Program-made: the position numbers and the translations under genes
Part shown: in pieces, positions 13,414-28,100 of the stretch
How the letters are laid out: the number at the start of each line of letters is the position of its first letter
Numbering within the stretch: position 1 is the stretch's first letter
The notes under the pieces: generated by a model
Seen by the model: the letters and a program-made list of their open reading frames with translations, nothing else
What the model was told of the DNA's origin: nothing
Databases searched by the model: none
Source of the DNA: Fimbriosthenelais zetlandica
Taxonomy: Eukaryota
Assembly (NCBI GenBank): GCA_977030845.1
Contig: OZ365110.1
Location: 43,028,001 to 43,092,000, forward strand
DNA: 64,000 nucleotides
Direction of reading: 5' to 3'

Positions 13414-16290
13414 GCTATAGGTCATAGCGATTGGTATATAAAAAAATGTTAGGCAATAATATCTGCAAAATGCTACAGTGGAATACAAGTATGAATAGAG
13501 ACAGACCATTCGTGATAGGCCTATCCCTTTAATAAACTTAAAGGCGTGAACCTTTTAAAGTAAAGATGGAGTACCAAGTGTGAATTACATGAGAATATTT
13601 AATTCCCCCGTGAAAAGTACCCCATCTAGTTATGCATGCATGGTGCTTCATGTAGCGAAAGGCAATTCGCAGTGGCCTGTTTTTTTCAAAGATTTTTTTT
13701 TACCCATTCCTCACATGATCATGTATTGGAAAAATGTTATGGTCTAGAGACAGCATTCATATGTGAATAATATTGGTGAAAGGGAGACTTCTCAAAATCT
13801 TGGAATAAAAAAAATAACCTCCAGAATCCAGAGATTGCTAATGAATAATGCATTAGATATTTTTAACTGGATTATTTCATTCAGATTCCTAGTGGGCTTC
13901 ATAAGCTGCCATGACATTGTCCAGGAGGTATCAGGTAACAACTCTCACCGCCCATCTCCCATGTATAGCTTGGAAATTGACTTGGAAAGCCGAGTGAAAG
14001 TTCTCGACGTGGTGGGCCCGCTTAAAAGCAGTAAGGTCAGGGTTATATGGCAGAACTGTCAGGGCCTTAATCCTTATAAGACGGCATCCTAGCATCTTGT
14101 CTAAATTATCCCAGCTTGGCCAGGATGGGCAGGCAACACAAATCATCCCCTTCTCATTGGTGATGGACGCTTAACATGCACATATTCTCCAGCCTAGGCA
14201 CTCGTGTCCTTCATTAGCATATAAATTGATCAGAGCTCTGGGTCGGTAGGGAAGGCAGAGAGGCAAGGTTGATGGATAGGTCATCAGTCGGCCGTGTAAA
14301 CACCCCAAACACACACAACTCTATGTGTTCACAGATATACTACTCACAAACTAACCCACGGCTCATGAACTCACTCAGACCTGCTCGCACACTCCTGTCC
14401 ACACTGGAAGAGCTATAAATAGCATTACATATTTCCCATATGACTATACAACCTCCACATAACCCATTCCCCATCCTATAGATCCGACATACGGTAAATA
14501 TTATATACAAATACAACAATTTCGTATTATATGGAATATGTGACTCCAGCTCATTGGGCACCCCACGGGAAACCCTAATAGATTAATATGGGGAGTAGTG
14601 GCCCAAGTGCATTGCCGCTTTAATTTGATTGCCACGACTCTTCGTTTTACCGCCATATGCGATATTGGGGCCGGTTTATTGCACGGGCCAGAGCCATTAG
14701 AATTCCTGGCGTTGCGTATTGCCCGGGAACCAACAGAAATTAATGACTTAACACTGTCAAAACTCCCAATTTCCTGGCCAGACCGAATCCCGCCATTGGT
14801 CAGTGGAACTAATATCGTCTAATTGCGGTTGGCAATTCTACACTCTCAGAAATATTGTCTGTCAGTGAAAATTTGGGAAACTATAAAAAATATAGCAAAT
14901 CCGATTACTATCGTTTAAATGCCATTGTTGCCATCATATTGACTGGTATTAATACGCTACTGATACCTAGAATGAATTGTATTTTCACCCTTCCTGGAGT
15001 GACTTTACATCCATTTTCAACAGTGTATGCAATGAATCGTTGGAAGAACCAGGCAGACCATGCGATACATCAAATACTAATATTGATGCAGTCGGTAGGT
15101 ATTGTATAACAGAGTTGATTCCTTTCCAATGGCGTCCAATATAGAATAGAGGGACATCACAAATTAAATCAACACGAGCTTACGGCCAGGTTTCATGCGC
15201 CCAATATTGTGACAGTGAGGAAGGAAGCTCAGCACATTGGCCGCACCAATGACGACGCTATATGACATTGACGTAGGGACTCTCACAGTCTTGTCGCCTC
15301 TCTCCCCCCTTAATATCTGGCTTCTTTGCCTCTCTAAGGGAGGAAGGTCATCTCTTTTTTTCCTGATTATCTTTCGTCACTAGCTCTCTCGTCATTAAGG
15401 CAATATTAGCGGCAGGGCATTACTCTTAGGGATTCCCTACCGCTGCAGCATGAAAGACGCTATCGCGTTACCAGAAAACAAGCAACATCAACGCCACTTT
15501 TACTCCGGGCTCCTCTTGACAAGGCCTACCCCACGCTGTTAGGCAAAGTGCTAGTAATAGGACTATATATGATATATAAGAGATCCCTTAAAAGTGCTTA
15601 GTGCCTTCGATTTAGCTCTATTTAGAATTAACTAACTTAATATCTTCGGCAATGCTCATGCCAAGTCAAATTATAAGAGTGATACAGGGCGTGGGGTAAT
15701 ATTACTAGAAGCAAATATTAGTAGTATTTTTTCATTTTCAATCCTTCATTTACTGTTGTGAGGCTTCGTACTTTCTGCTTCCATAGTTGTCCATTAGTTA
15801 ACTGTGAAAGAGGACTATAGCCTTCATCATTTTTAACAGGGCCGTATTCATGTAAAAAGACACTTTCTTTGTTATGAATATATCATTCTTAAATGAACTA
15901 GGCATATTTATAAACCGTTTCGCATTCTTTCTTGCAACTCAAAAGGATGTAATGCAAAGACTTAATGAAACAGTCCTTTGAATTCCCATGCCTTTTACTT
16001 CCATTTGACGTCTTATATAAACTAAGCTTTTGAAAACGGAGGAACCTGCTATTTTGGATGGAGAAAGGGTGCAACCACGGCTTTTACTCGATCCGATTTG
16101 ATCCCCATGACGTCTCCTTGGGAAGATTTAGAAGGCTTTCGGCTGTTTTTTCCTCCTGTTTTCTCTCCTTTTTGTCACTGTATTGGGGCGGGCGCTAATG
16201 CAGATCTGCCTTGAGCTAGAAGCCATGTTCTTCTCCTGGCAGCTGTGTCCTACATGTATCATCGCGCATCAAATCGGCGCATCCACGCAA

Positions 16291-16303
16291 ACGTCACTTC
16301 CGG
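16291..16303. promoter_or_regulatory. Overlapping CRE-half/ETS composite motif (ACGTCACTTCCGG)
   Basis: Exact motif within a small CpG-rich patch (16260-16310); function inferred only. Confidence 0.35.
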
Positions 16304-18393
16304 CTATGGACGCTGCAGGTTATAAGAACGCTTAGTGGATCTCTCGACCAGTAACTCTCGAGTACCGTGAGAGTACATGGGGTGGAAATCGGTCAGCTTG
16401 ATGACAGTTTGGTGGCAAACTATAATCCAAGTGCCTTGACCATATGGCGATGTCCAAAGTGCACCATAATATGATTTACAATGTGGTTTGACATCAGCAA
16501 GTGGTCCACCGGATCCCTCCCTTGAGAGCTTGTACGATATCGTTTTACAAACAAGGCATGGTAGATTACTGATTTGACAAGAAGGAACATGGGAATGGCG
16601 GATGGTGAAGAAATTCCCAGCGTCTTTGAGATCAGAGGTTCCTTCCTCTCTTATTGCTGGAAACAGGTTCACATTCATGGCAATAATATGGTCATGCATG
16701 GACCCAGTGAAGGTCTCTTTCATGTGACATGTTTTGATCTCGCTGACTGGAACCTTCATGTATGAATTCTAGCTGATCAATAGGAAAGTCAACTAATTAC
16801 ATCATCAAAAGGCGCCAGAGGCTATCATCGATGGATTATTGATACCTGGCAGGGAAGACGGACATAAAATTATGAGAAAACTGCAGCCATGCAAGCTAGA
16901 TACCAAATGCGGCTTCAGAACTCAAACAGGCCCTTCGTCAAGTGCAATAACGTGATATTCGAGTACTATGATTTCTTTACAATAATATTATTTTCGAGGG
17001 AAAATGTCCATGAATACTTAATAAAAACACGTCTATTTTCTCCAAATCTAAGGTACAGCAATTGTATCATCACCATGAAAAGCTGTGGGAATCGATGGCA
17101 AATTCAGTACTTTTGCACTTATGGATCCATATGGCACATAGAAAAAATGTACCCAGTTCTTTTATGGAATAGCAATTTCAGCTTCAGTAGATATCAATAT
17201 TTAAGGTTACAATGCCCATATCAACATTGTTGGCTTCCTTCCATATATGGAAACATGCCAATATGCCCATCCCATCGCCCTATAGATTTATCATTATAAT
17301 TGTTCCCCTTAAGTGCAGTATATTCTAACCAGTGAAGCAGGGCCTAGACAGCAATATCCCGTAATAGGTCTATTACCACGAATTTTGATGAAAGTTCTCA
17401 CATATTCAAGTATAAATGTGAAGCCATTGTTGCGTAACATTGATAGATATACAGTGGATTAGAATACAATAATACAGGGTTTTTATGATGAAAAAAGTGT
17501 TAGATCAGCTCTGTGGGGTTTTCCGATGGGCAATGCAGATAGGGTGTGAATCAGAAAGGGGCATTATAGATACTATCTCCAACTAATCAGGCTGAAATAA
17601 TTGATATTGTCTAGACACATATGACACTGGGCGATAAATCTGAATGGAGGCTGGACAATCAATTTAGTCAACACTGAAGGCTTGATGACAGCTCGAATGC
17701 AAACCAGGGCAAATTAACCAGATTCCTGCCACAAATATGGAGGCCATGCAATGGAAGGCACCGTGCATTGGGAGAAAATTTATCGCTGATTCAGTCCTTT
17801 TTGGATTGAAAAAGGCTCGGGCCATTTCCCAATGGGAATAGATGATTAAACCCTACTTCATCAGCTCATTTGTCTTCACGAGTGTTTTGATCCGGCAAAT
17901 ATTGGTCTGGAAGTAAATGAACGATAGCTTTGCAAATTCCTCAACTTACTGCGGTGACTTCAATCGGGGCACTATAGAAATAGAAACATATATACAATGG
18001 CGGCCTTCTGAATCTAGTTTTCAACTCCTTCAATGCAATGGAGTGGTTCATGTCATTTTGGTGGAGTCTCTAAAATAAAGAGTCTCCTGTCATTCGATTA
18101 ACCGGGACGTTTTAATCCCAGATACGACCATAAAATCGGTCTCACGTGTCCAGATTATGAAGAATATCGATTAAATCTACTGGAGAGGAAGAATGAAAAA
18201 AATATTCCATCCAAGTTCTTTGTTCTAAATCAATTTACTGCATGACAAGGCTCCACTACATTTACATGTCGGTGGTGGTGGTGGTGGTAGTGGTCCTTTC
18301 TCCCGGACCTGACTGCTTTGTGGGGGGATCCCGAGAGGACAGCGACAAGCCTGGAGCTAGCACATCACTGCTGAATTAGGTCCTTCTCCAGGT

Positions 18394-18407
18394 GTCGTCA
18401 TGGCAAC
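18394..18407. promoter_or_regulatory. Candidate RFX X-box (GTCGTCATGGCAAC)
   Basis: Fits the relaxed X-box consensus GTYNYYATRRNAAC within a GC-rich island. Confidence 0.35.
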
Positions 18408-21399
18408 GCGAAGTGTCGCGGCCAAAAGTCCGGGGAGGGAGACTTAACCTGGAGTCCCCCGAGGTGGACGGCTGGAGCAAGGTTAGGGAGGGTCAAGGTA
18501 GTGTGGGTAGACCTTCATCACAAAGGCCTGGCCGTCCAAGCACATTTTGTCATGCCCACTCCTCTTATATACTGTGGATGAGCACAATATTTACCATGGC
18601 CCAAAAGGGCTAAAAAAAATTGTATCGCTTTGACACCTCACGTTCCAGCCAGTGCTGCTAACTGGAATATCAAAGGCCAGCCGTGTCTGCCATACACTGT
18701 CTATGGGGGAATGCACAAGAATCATTTCTGCTGTTTGGGAAGGGTAGACTAATGTGTCCCGACAGCGTGTTTCAGTTCGTCCAGAGACCGCCGAGACTAC
18801 CAATATCCTTGGTATTCCAACACCCACCCTTGGCTGCATCCCCTGGCCCCTTTTTTCTCATAGATCTGAGTATCTTTAGGAATAATTATTTTGACGTTAG
18901 AATTTCCCATATATAATAAGCTTTGATATAATTTCACGCGATATTTAAGGTGCTTTGCGAGGGTTAGGGTTTATAGTTATACCAAGGGGTGGGCCTATAC
19001 TATCATATCTCCAAGCAGTTTCCCCTCTTTCTCTTTCATACTCTCCTTCTCCGGCTTAAAAAAATTGTTTAATCCATCTTCCTCCCACACATTGTACACA
19101 GGGGGAATGTTTGGGTAGCAAATGTCACTCCCTGCCATGAATGTGATTTATGGCCCCAACATTCTATGTCTATACACATCACACACTTACTATAAGATGG
19201 CATTATAACAGACGGTGGGCTGGGAAAGTATAGGTTTATCTCTTTATACAACATTTCAATTGCATTCTCAAGACTAATGCTTTATTGGTAAATTTTCTCA
19301 TTAGGATGGGCTTTGATTGACTCGCCATTTTTTGAAGATCACAAACACTCGCCATGAAGTTGTCTTGGCGAGGCATGGCTATATTGGCGAGGCGACGTCA
19401 ATGCCTACCCGCAAAGCCATCGCAAATGGTGAGGTCAGTGAGACTCTATGACAATCACGATCGCCCAAATCATTATAATAGGAAAGGGGAGTATAAGTGC
19501 ATATTTGGCCATTTTTATGCATCTTCTGAACATTTCCTGTTAATTAGTGAAAACCCCATTATAAAGGCTGATGCAATGGGGAATTAATGAAAAGTATATT
19601 CTTAACTCTGACTAAATCACTAGTAGGCTTAGTATTTTTGTAATCTTCAGAAAATCATAACAGCCTGGAGCCACTGAGCTACAATCCAATTACAACAGAA
19701 ATCATAAAAGCATAAGGAAAACATGTTTTCCTTTATGGCTCAGAAAACTCTGCATCTTATTCTGAGCATGTTCAAGGAGATTGCAGGGAGATCGTAGCTT
19801 AGTGGGTTCAGTCTATAAACCACCAAATGTGACATGTTCTATAATAATAATATTCAGAGTTCATTTACTTGATGCACCGATTTTAAACTCTTTGTTATTA
19901 TCATTATATGGAGACTTATTTCTATATTGGAGTCACCGTTGATAGAGTCCTTATTGTATCCATGTACATATCCTCACAAGGGAAATGAAGGATGACGTGT
20001 ACCTACAAGATGTGATCTCATATGGGTCAAATACCTCGGTAAATCACATCATCAGACTGAGCTGACAAGACTGAGCTGAGATGTGTTACCCAGGAGAGGT
20101 GAGTTTAGTTTAGCTGATATCATTACCACAGCCTATAATGTCCTTACAATAAAAAGCTGGGATTAAGTGGCTGAGCGGAGTAATATTTGCTCGCACCTGG
20201 TGGGGGGAGCTGCTCCTGCCCACACTAACGATTGTCTCCCTCTGCCTGCGAGCCAAGTATACCTGACAATATATGCCCTCAGGAGAGAGGTAAACAATCT
20301 TTTCAGAGAGAGCAGAATGTGAAGTCTATACGACCTTACCACAGCACTGTCCCAGTAAATCTTAGACGGTACACGTAGACAAAGCACTGACCTTTAGCCA
20401 TGGGTCGGACGTCGTTAATCATATTATAGACTACATGTTCTTTCAGCCTAGACTTTAAAGCTCAAAAGTCGTCTTAAATGTCTGATATGTAAGGCTGGGT
20501 TATAATGCAATCCACAGCTAACCTTTGCCTTTCTTCGAAGTAAGACGATTCCAGCCTTTCCAGGTTTTCTGGGGACAATACATCTACGCCTGTGTATTAG
20601 CTTGGTTATTTTTCTCTATAACAAGCACCGAGACAAGCATGTGAAGTCAAGGATGAGCAGAGGACCATGATTTGTAACCGTAGCAGGCTTATACATGTGC
20701 ATATTATCATACGGCAGTAAACCCTCCATTGTATGCTTACCAAATACAGCTGGATGAATGGACTCAGGACTATAATACATATCAAGGTACAATGCATTTT
20801 CTCCATGCCAATGCCATTTGAAGTAAATGACGTTTTAACTATAGAACTGAGTTAAATTCAATCATTCAAATCACAATTCATTCATTCATTCGCCCAATCA
20901 CTATACAAATACACAGACTATACTTGCCATTTATCTAATGAATACAATGTTTTGAATTAAATAGGCAGTTACCATTACATCAGTTGTAGTCTAATCATTA
21001 ACTAATCACATAACATTCCATATTTAGACAGGTAAGGCCGCCTATAAGCGTCTACAAATATTTCATGATATTGCACCAGAAAGCTGTGCATCACATCCCA
21101 TCATTGACACCCTATGTGCCATTAATACATTTTATATATCGGATCTTTCAGATTGGATGATGGCATGGGAGGCATGTAGTGATTTGCGAGCAGCTGCAAG
21201 AATCGACCTGGAGAATGCAGGTCAATGGAGAGGAGCTCACAGCATGGATCCCTCGACTGGAAACGCTGGGAGAGTATAAGGGGCTCACTGTGGGCATACC
21301 AGAGAGCGCTATTCCCAGGCCCTGCCAAAATCCCCAGTATAAAGTGAATGTCTGGCAGAGAGGGCTACTCTAGAACAGGGTATAAGGGTGGGGTGGGAA

Positions 21400-21928
21400 G
21401 GGATAGATAGACAGAGACAGGGAGAGAGAGACAGAGACGGAGAGAGTCAAAGACAGATGGAGAGGTACAGACAGAGAGAGGGAGAGAGAGAGAGTCAAAG
21501 ACAGAGAGAGAGAGAGGAAGTCCAAAAGAAGAAAAAGGGGCCACATCTGCCTTGAAAAGATCGGCTATGTAGCAAAAGGGGTTCGTATGGCAGTGGTGTG
21601 GGGGTGTTTGTTTTGATCTGGAAGCCAAAGGTATCACATGTGCATCCAGTTACAAGCAGCTTAGATACGAATATGATAGATGTTATAAATAATGTTAATT
21701 TAACTTCTATCAATTTAACCTCTGAATCAACGACTCTCCAATATAAACTATAGGGACCATAAAAAAAGATGCGAAACTTTACTGGATTATTACTGGGACA
21801 ACTTTCTCCCATATTTTTTATGAAACAGCCTTTCCTGCCTGAATAATGTCCAGACCTGTTTCAGCAAAGACATGGAACAATTAAATGCGGGGAAAATTGA
21901 GATCAGAAGGGTGACCAGTTTCTCCCTC

Positions 21929-21976
<48 letters not shown>

Positions 21977-22150
21977 TCTGGTTCTTTTTCTCTCCCTCGC
22001 TCTCTATCTCTCTCTGTCTCTCTCTCCCTCCTTCCTGCCTTCCCTCTCATTATCTCTCTCATTCCCTCTGGTTCTTTTTCTCTCCCTCGCTCTCTCTCTC
22101 TCCCTCTTTCCTGCTTTCCCTCTCATTATCTCTCTCTCTCTCTCTACCAA
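21400..22150. repeat. GA-rich tract (21400-21520) and CT-rich tract (21930-22150) with an internal duplication
   Basis: (GA)n/(CT)n runs; TCCCTCTGGTTCTTTTTCTCTCCCTCGCTCTCT occurs twice (~21973 and ~22063). Confidence 0.9.
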
Positions 22151-25100
22151 TTCACCATCTGTTTTCATGTGAATGCTGCCTCCGTGTACATCAAAGCATT
22201 TTTACTTACAGGTGTTTTTAAAACCACTCACATCAATGCAATGTTGCACAGAGCTGTAAAAAAAAAAAAAAAGGATCCTAAAAATTCTTTAGGTTTTGGA
22301 TGTTTATATACCACTTCTACTTACAGAATCATCGCTCTTTGTTTCCATCCACTTAGTGTCTGAAGTTTTTAAATTTGCTCATGAACCAGAGGCAGCGTTT
22401 ATGTTTCAATACAGTAGTCATACATTTCAATCGGTCAAATTTAACAGGGTGGATTCGTTACCTATATGCCAAACTCCATCTCAAAGGAACTTCATAGAGC
22501 CCATCCACTTCCCCATATTTATGTTTCTAAAACCAAAGTGCCTTTTGGCATTTATACAAAGTGTATATGGGTGTTAAGTTATTGATAGGTCCTATTTCAA
22601 ATAAATAGCTCTAGCTACAAATGTCTGGAGCTATATATCTCGGCCCTAACCTCATTTTTTGCCAGCGTTTGGCTGACACATATTACAGGGAGGTGCGTGG
22701 AGGGGGCTCTGTGGCACACTTGGATAAACCTCCCTTATTGCCTCACTCCTTCACCCTTTCTCCATCTCCTCCCTGCTGCTTCCAAGATGCCTTGGTAGAG
22801 AGGAGCTGACGGCTGACCTTCTATTGCTTGGCTCACCTTAAGTGCATTGAGAACTTAGGCCAGGCGAGCGAGCCTCGGGGTCACTGGGGCTTTCTAATTC
22901 CACTCTGACCTTTGAAATGGGACCATTCTCATTTTGTTAGAGCCACACCTTTGCATGGGTTATGGCCCTTTTGGAGGGCTATTTTCGAGGAGGTATCAAT
23001 GGCAGAGACCATGATTCTATGACCATTAGTCGTTCAGTATCATTTTCAGATACAGGTATAGAAATTCATATTATAAATGTTCAATGGCATCATTTTTATC
23101 ATAGTGTCTATGAATAAGTGTATACTATTCACGTATGCTATATATATTAGATGTTGGAATTTCAATAAACAATGTTTTAAAATGTAAATAATCACTTTAT
23201 TTCATTAGAAAAGATTGAGAAATTCCACATTGGCCTCTCCTAACTATACACAGAATCTGGTGCATGGCAGGAGAGTGAAAAGAAGCCAATAAAGCTTGAT
23301 GTAAGATCATTTCCAGCCTGGGATTTTCTCGGTCCAAAAGGGCAAATAAAAAGTCACGCGACGGTTGATCCACATGAGACGAGTAACTCAAGGAGAATTA
23401 GAGGAATAACTCAGATGCCTGCAGTCTCCATCAGGTAATCTACCTAGTTTATAATCCCACTGGTTGATATACTTCTGGTCTCAGCCTCTCTGTGCATGTC
23501 GTGCCTCTCATATATAACGCTATGCTCCCTCGATACAAAGCAGAGCCCTGATAGTGAATGGGTGCGTGCTGGGGGCTGCATATAAGGCACCACTGCTGTT
23601 ATATTATTGGTCACTAATGTGATTGTTCCTTCTGAATTCGCAATGTGAAAGGCTCTCCCACCGACATTAAACCTGTAGGATATAGTAGGAGCCCCTCCCT
23701 CTCTGCGGGCCACAAAATACAAGTTGGCTGGCCCAGATAGATTCTTGGATTCCATGTGTAGTTCAGACGTAGCGAACAAATATAATATAAGGGGCTGAAT
23801 GTATTCCATGAATATCGAATGTGGCAATTGGCAGTGTGTAAAATGACCAGAAGCAGAAAGACAGCCTCATCGGTCCTCTGACCACCCCGCGGCTCGGCTC
23901 GTTCACGTGAATAATGTATGATCCCTGATGGACGTCTGTCTCGAACCGGAAGTCACATGGCGCGAGGCGAAGGTCATCACTCCAGCCACCAACTAGCACC
24001 TATATGTTGGCATGCGACCTCGCCCTTTAAACCGCGATTTCATTTTATCGTTAAATGGATCCATTGCACTTTTCTAGGGGTCTACCCGTATGCACCCTAC
24101 TTCCCCTTTTACTCTACTGTCTATGTGGGTAGCGTTATCCCAAGGGCGGGGCCGAAAGGATCGTTGAGGTCGAACTCTTTTAAGTGATACACCACAAGGG
24201 ACCTATTGCAATTTAAGTGGGTTCACACTTTTGTCCCAAAGGCCAGGCCAATGTGAGCGGTGACCCTAGGTCTTGGGATGGGCTATTTATACTAACATTA
24301 GTGGCTGTTGTTGCAGACTTAAAACATGGCGCTCCCATAGCTTTTTCCTCATAACGGTTTATGTGGCCACTACACCTATAAATACGTGACTACGTTACTG
24401 GAAACATGTACTCTAATACCCTTCTGTTTCCTGACTGTAAATTCAATAAAAAGTGGACAAAAGCACTGCTTAAAAAGTCTCCTTTCGAATTGTCTCCGAT
24501 TGAAGATGCAAAGGAAATGTCAAGGCTTTCTTGCTTTTCTGTAATTTATAGGTGAATCGATCGGAATTGGAGTTGGATCGCATGAAATATTGCATGATTG
24601 TCAGCATCCAATATCTTAAATCATACATTTATGGTCAGCAATTGTCTTCGTGTGACCATCCCACAAAGCTTCAGGAGCGATCTCCACTCAGAGAGAAGAC
24701 CTTGTTCTCGTTTCTATTCCAGACCTTGGCAGCAACATGCTATTCCCTGTTGCAGCAGACCTATATATATGCGAGCTTCCAATCGATGGTGATAACAGAA
24801 AACAATCATTCACATCTGGATCTAGACCAAATAACGAAGGATCCCCTTGATAGAGCATGGAGACGTGTGACAAGCCGTGTTTGATGGGACTGGGGGGATG
24901 AAAGCCTAGGGGTGTATCGTGATGTATTTACTTTGACATCTGAAGAGAAATCTGACGTGATAGCCGGGGGAAAATTGGCTATAATACTGGTGATAGGCAC
25001 ACTCCTCCCAATAGCTGCGATCCACGTCCTACCATATAGCGACAGAGATGGCATCATCAGCACTTTATATATCCAGCAATTAGGCCTGCTAAAAGCAGCA

Positions 25101-28100
25101 GCTCGTTTTTATTCCCACTCCGCCATGGAACCCCCCTTTCTATGTAGATTGTAACGACATGAACCTGATTTCCTCTGGCATTTTTCAGATGCTGTCTAGC
25201 ATATGTATAGAGAGGGCTAGACTTGTGTGAGAGAGGCTGGCAGAGTGATGGTAGACTCCTGTTGTGAACCAGTTACCTTATTAAGGCTAACAACCTGTTT
25301 CTCAAATGGGAATTTGTAGAGGCAATGCTGGCAATATGTGTGTGTTGTAGAAGGCCTTGGTAAGCATGCCTCAAAGTGGATTAGATGAATGTCTGTCATA
25401 GTGTGGCGACAAGCATGGCAAGACGGGGCTAGTTGGTGGCCAAGATAAATCACCCAGGTCGACTACTTCATGGGGAAGCCTGGCCGTGAAATCTGGCGAC
25501 TAGCTCGCAGGCATATAATCACATCAATTACCTATCACCATTAGGAAGTCTGGATGGCCTTTTTTTCTCCAAGCGTTGGTGAACATTTTGCAAACACATT
25601 GTTAATGGTGAAAGTCAATGACAGTATTAGCCCTCTGCATCGTTGACCTATTTCCAACATTAAATGTATGGCTTTGTTTTAAACCATGTTGCGAGCTGAA
25701 GCGAGCTGCTCAATGACTTTAAAAGCCCAACATTTAATGGAGTAAAAATGATGAGGTGGTATTCACAATGAAAATGGACAGTTAAGTGTGGAATTTAGTC
25801 CTCCTCGCAAGTAAATTTTTCTGCCTCTTCAAATACAAGCCCAATGAAACGAGCAGCTCTTACTCGGTAAGGCCTCATTTGAGCTGTTCTATATCCAACA
25901 CCAGCGAGTAACATTCCATCGTCCTTCTTCTCAGATATAAATAAAATAAACCTTGCTTCATCAAACGGCGGGACTAAGAGCAATCAGAATCTCTTTCTCT
26001 GATTCATGCCCCAGTAATTCCTTGCGGGGGAATCTTCTGATAGGTTGGCTATTATCTGGGGTTATGCCATGCAAGGTAAATACAAGGAAATAGACAGCCA
26101 CCAACAAGGCTGAATCTCTACCATCTTAGGTGACGGCCGGGCGCCTGCTTGACTAGGGGATAAAGAATCATCATTTTGCTTATGTAAACACCACCAAAAT
26201 GCCGTTCAATTTCCGGAAGAAATTGTGCTGGCGGCCATGTTGGAGGGCGACGCGTGATGGAATAGCAGAGATTAGAGAGCCTCACATTATATGTCTATCT
26301 CCTCATCAAATCCTCCTTGTTTGCATTCGGGTGTCTTTATCGGGAGGTAACACCCAAGACGCTGCGCTCTTAATGTACTGGGCCCGAATAAAAAAAAACA
26401 TGATGTTATCTGTGAATCGAATGCGCCTCAACCGTGGAAGAGTTTTTGGCGCTCATTTGAGCAGGAGCCCGTTAGAAATACTGGGCGACCTGAAGCAATG
26501 GAAAGTCACCCATGATGAATGTAGTCTGTCCGTGGCCGACCAAGACATCATTTCCCCTTCTAGATAACACATAAGACATACATGTCCCACTGGGATTTAG
26601 GATGGTCTCTAGCCTCCGCCCAACCCTGGAAGCAGAGAGAAAGACCAGCTTCAGAGTTGCTAATTCAGCTCATCTCGAGGAGAAGGAGGCCATACACGCC
26701 AACTGCTGCAACGCCCACTGACATTCTGATGTTGGGCATGTTATAAGGGCTCTCTTAAAGATGTAACGTAGGTATCTATAATAGTATGAAGGCATAAACC
26801 CAAACAAGGTCTTCTATATGTGTGCTTTCAACGTGACAATTATTACCTAGCTGAGCACTATACATTACATCAATATCCCTAATAAGATTTTCAGAAGAAT
26901 TAGATTTCATTAAAGGGAAATTTGTTCAAGTTCATTCCTGTACATGTATTATTAATTTAATTTATATATTGTATGCCCGTTCGCACAACCGCCAATAGGC
27001 TAGCTCTGTCATGGATATTCAAAATGATTTTTTCGCCTCATATAATTGAAAATATGAACCCTGGTATATTACCTACCGTGCACCACATAATCCATATAAA
27101 TAAATTGGGGAAATAATATCAAATAAGGATAAGGAAGTGATGGAAGCCAGGCCCCTGTTTGGGCATATATATTCTGATGTCATATAGGGAAAAAGGAAAG
27201 AGGAGGGGAAGAGTCAGATATAGCATAGGAGAGGAGCAGGAGTCGTCATGAGCAGTTCATAATAGGTCAAATCACTTCCGAGCAGATGTGAGCAGTTCGG
27301 TAACCAATGCTTACGACTGGATACGTTCAACAGATTTAATCCTCTCTGAGCATAATTATGTGAGCAGGTCATTAATTAGTCGCCAGAATGCAACACCGGT
27401 TTAATACTGAACTGAATAGTATATTTTTATGAAACGGGACCCTGTTTGGACATATATATGTAGGCCTATATTATTATTATATTGATTTATCTGATGGTAA
27501 ATGGTACGGGGAGAGGAAGAGGAAGCTAGGGGGAGAGGAAGGCCTTATGTCTGACGAATCATTCCTCGAAATGCACGTTAAAAGTAGTTTTAAAGAGGGA
27601 ATTGAAAAGCCCTGTTAAAAAAACATGCTGTGACAGTGACCACCAGTGTAGGCCACACTTCCAATCTAAAGTACACATGTCATGGGAGTGCTAATCGTCG
27701 GTGTTAGCCTTGTCTTGTCACAAACACACACACAGCATGCCGCTCCTCATCTGGACTTCTCCAAATGTCCAGGTGGATGTTGCTAGGCCATCCTCTCCCC
27801 TATGTCTCCTGCTAACCCGACCTTGTGTGGCCAGGTGCTGGGGCCTGATAAACACCCCTGTCTCTGTGGCCAGCCCACAGGGGATGGCCTGCCCCTTATC
27901 TACCTGCTCCAGAGCATTAGCTCACTGCAGGCACCCTCCTCAAAACCCCTCCACTTTACCCTTCCATGACCAGTGCGCGGGCTGGGCAAGGATATACCAC
28001 AACATCATGATATGAGGCTATTACAACATGTTTTCCCATATTCATCATCTTAAATACGGCCACTTGTATTCCTTTGGTAGTTTTATGTACATTGCATTAC

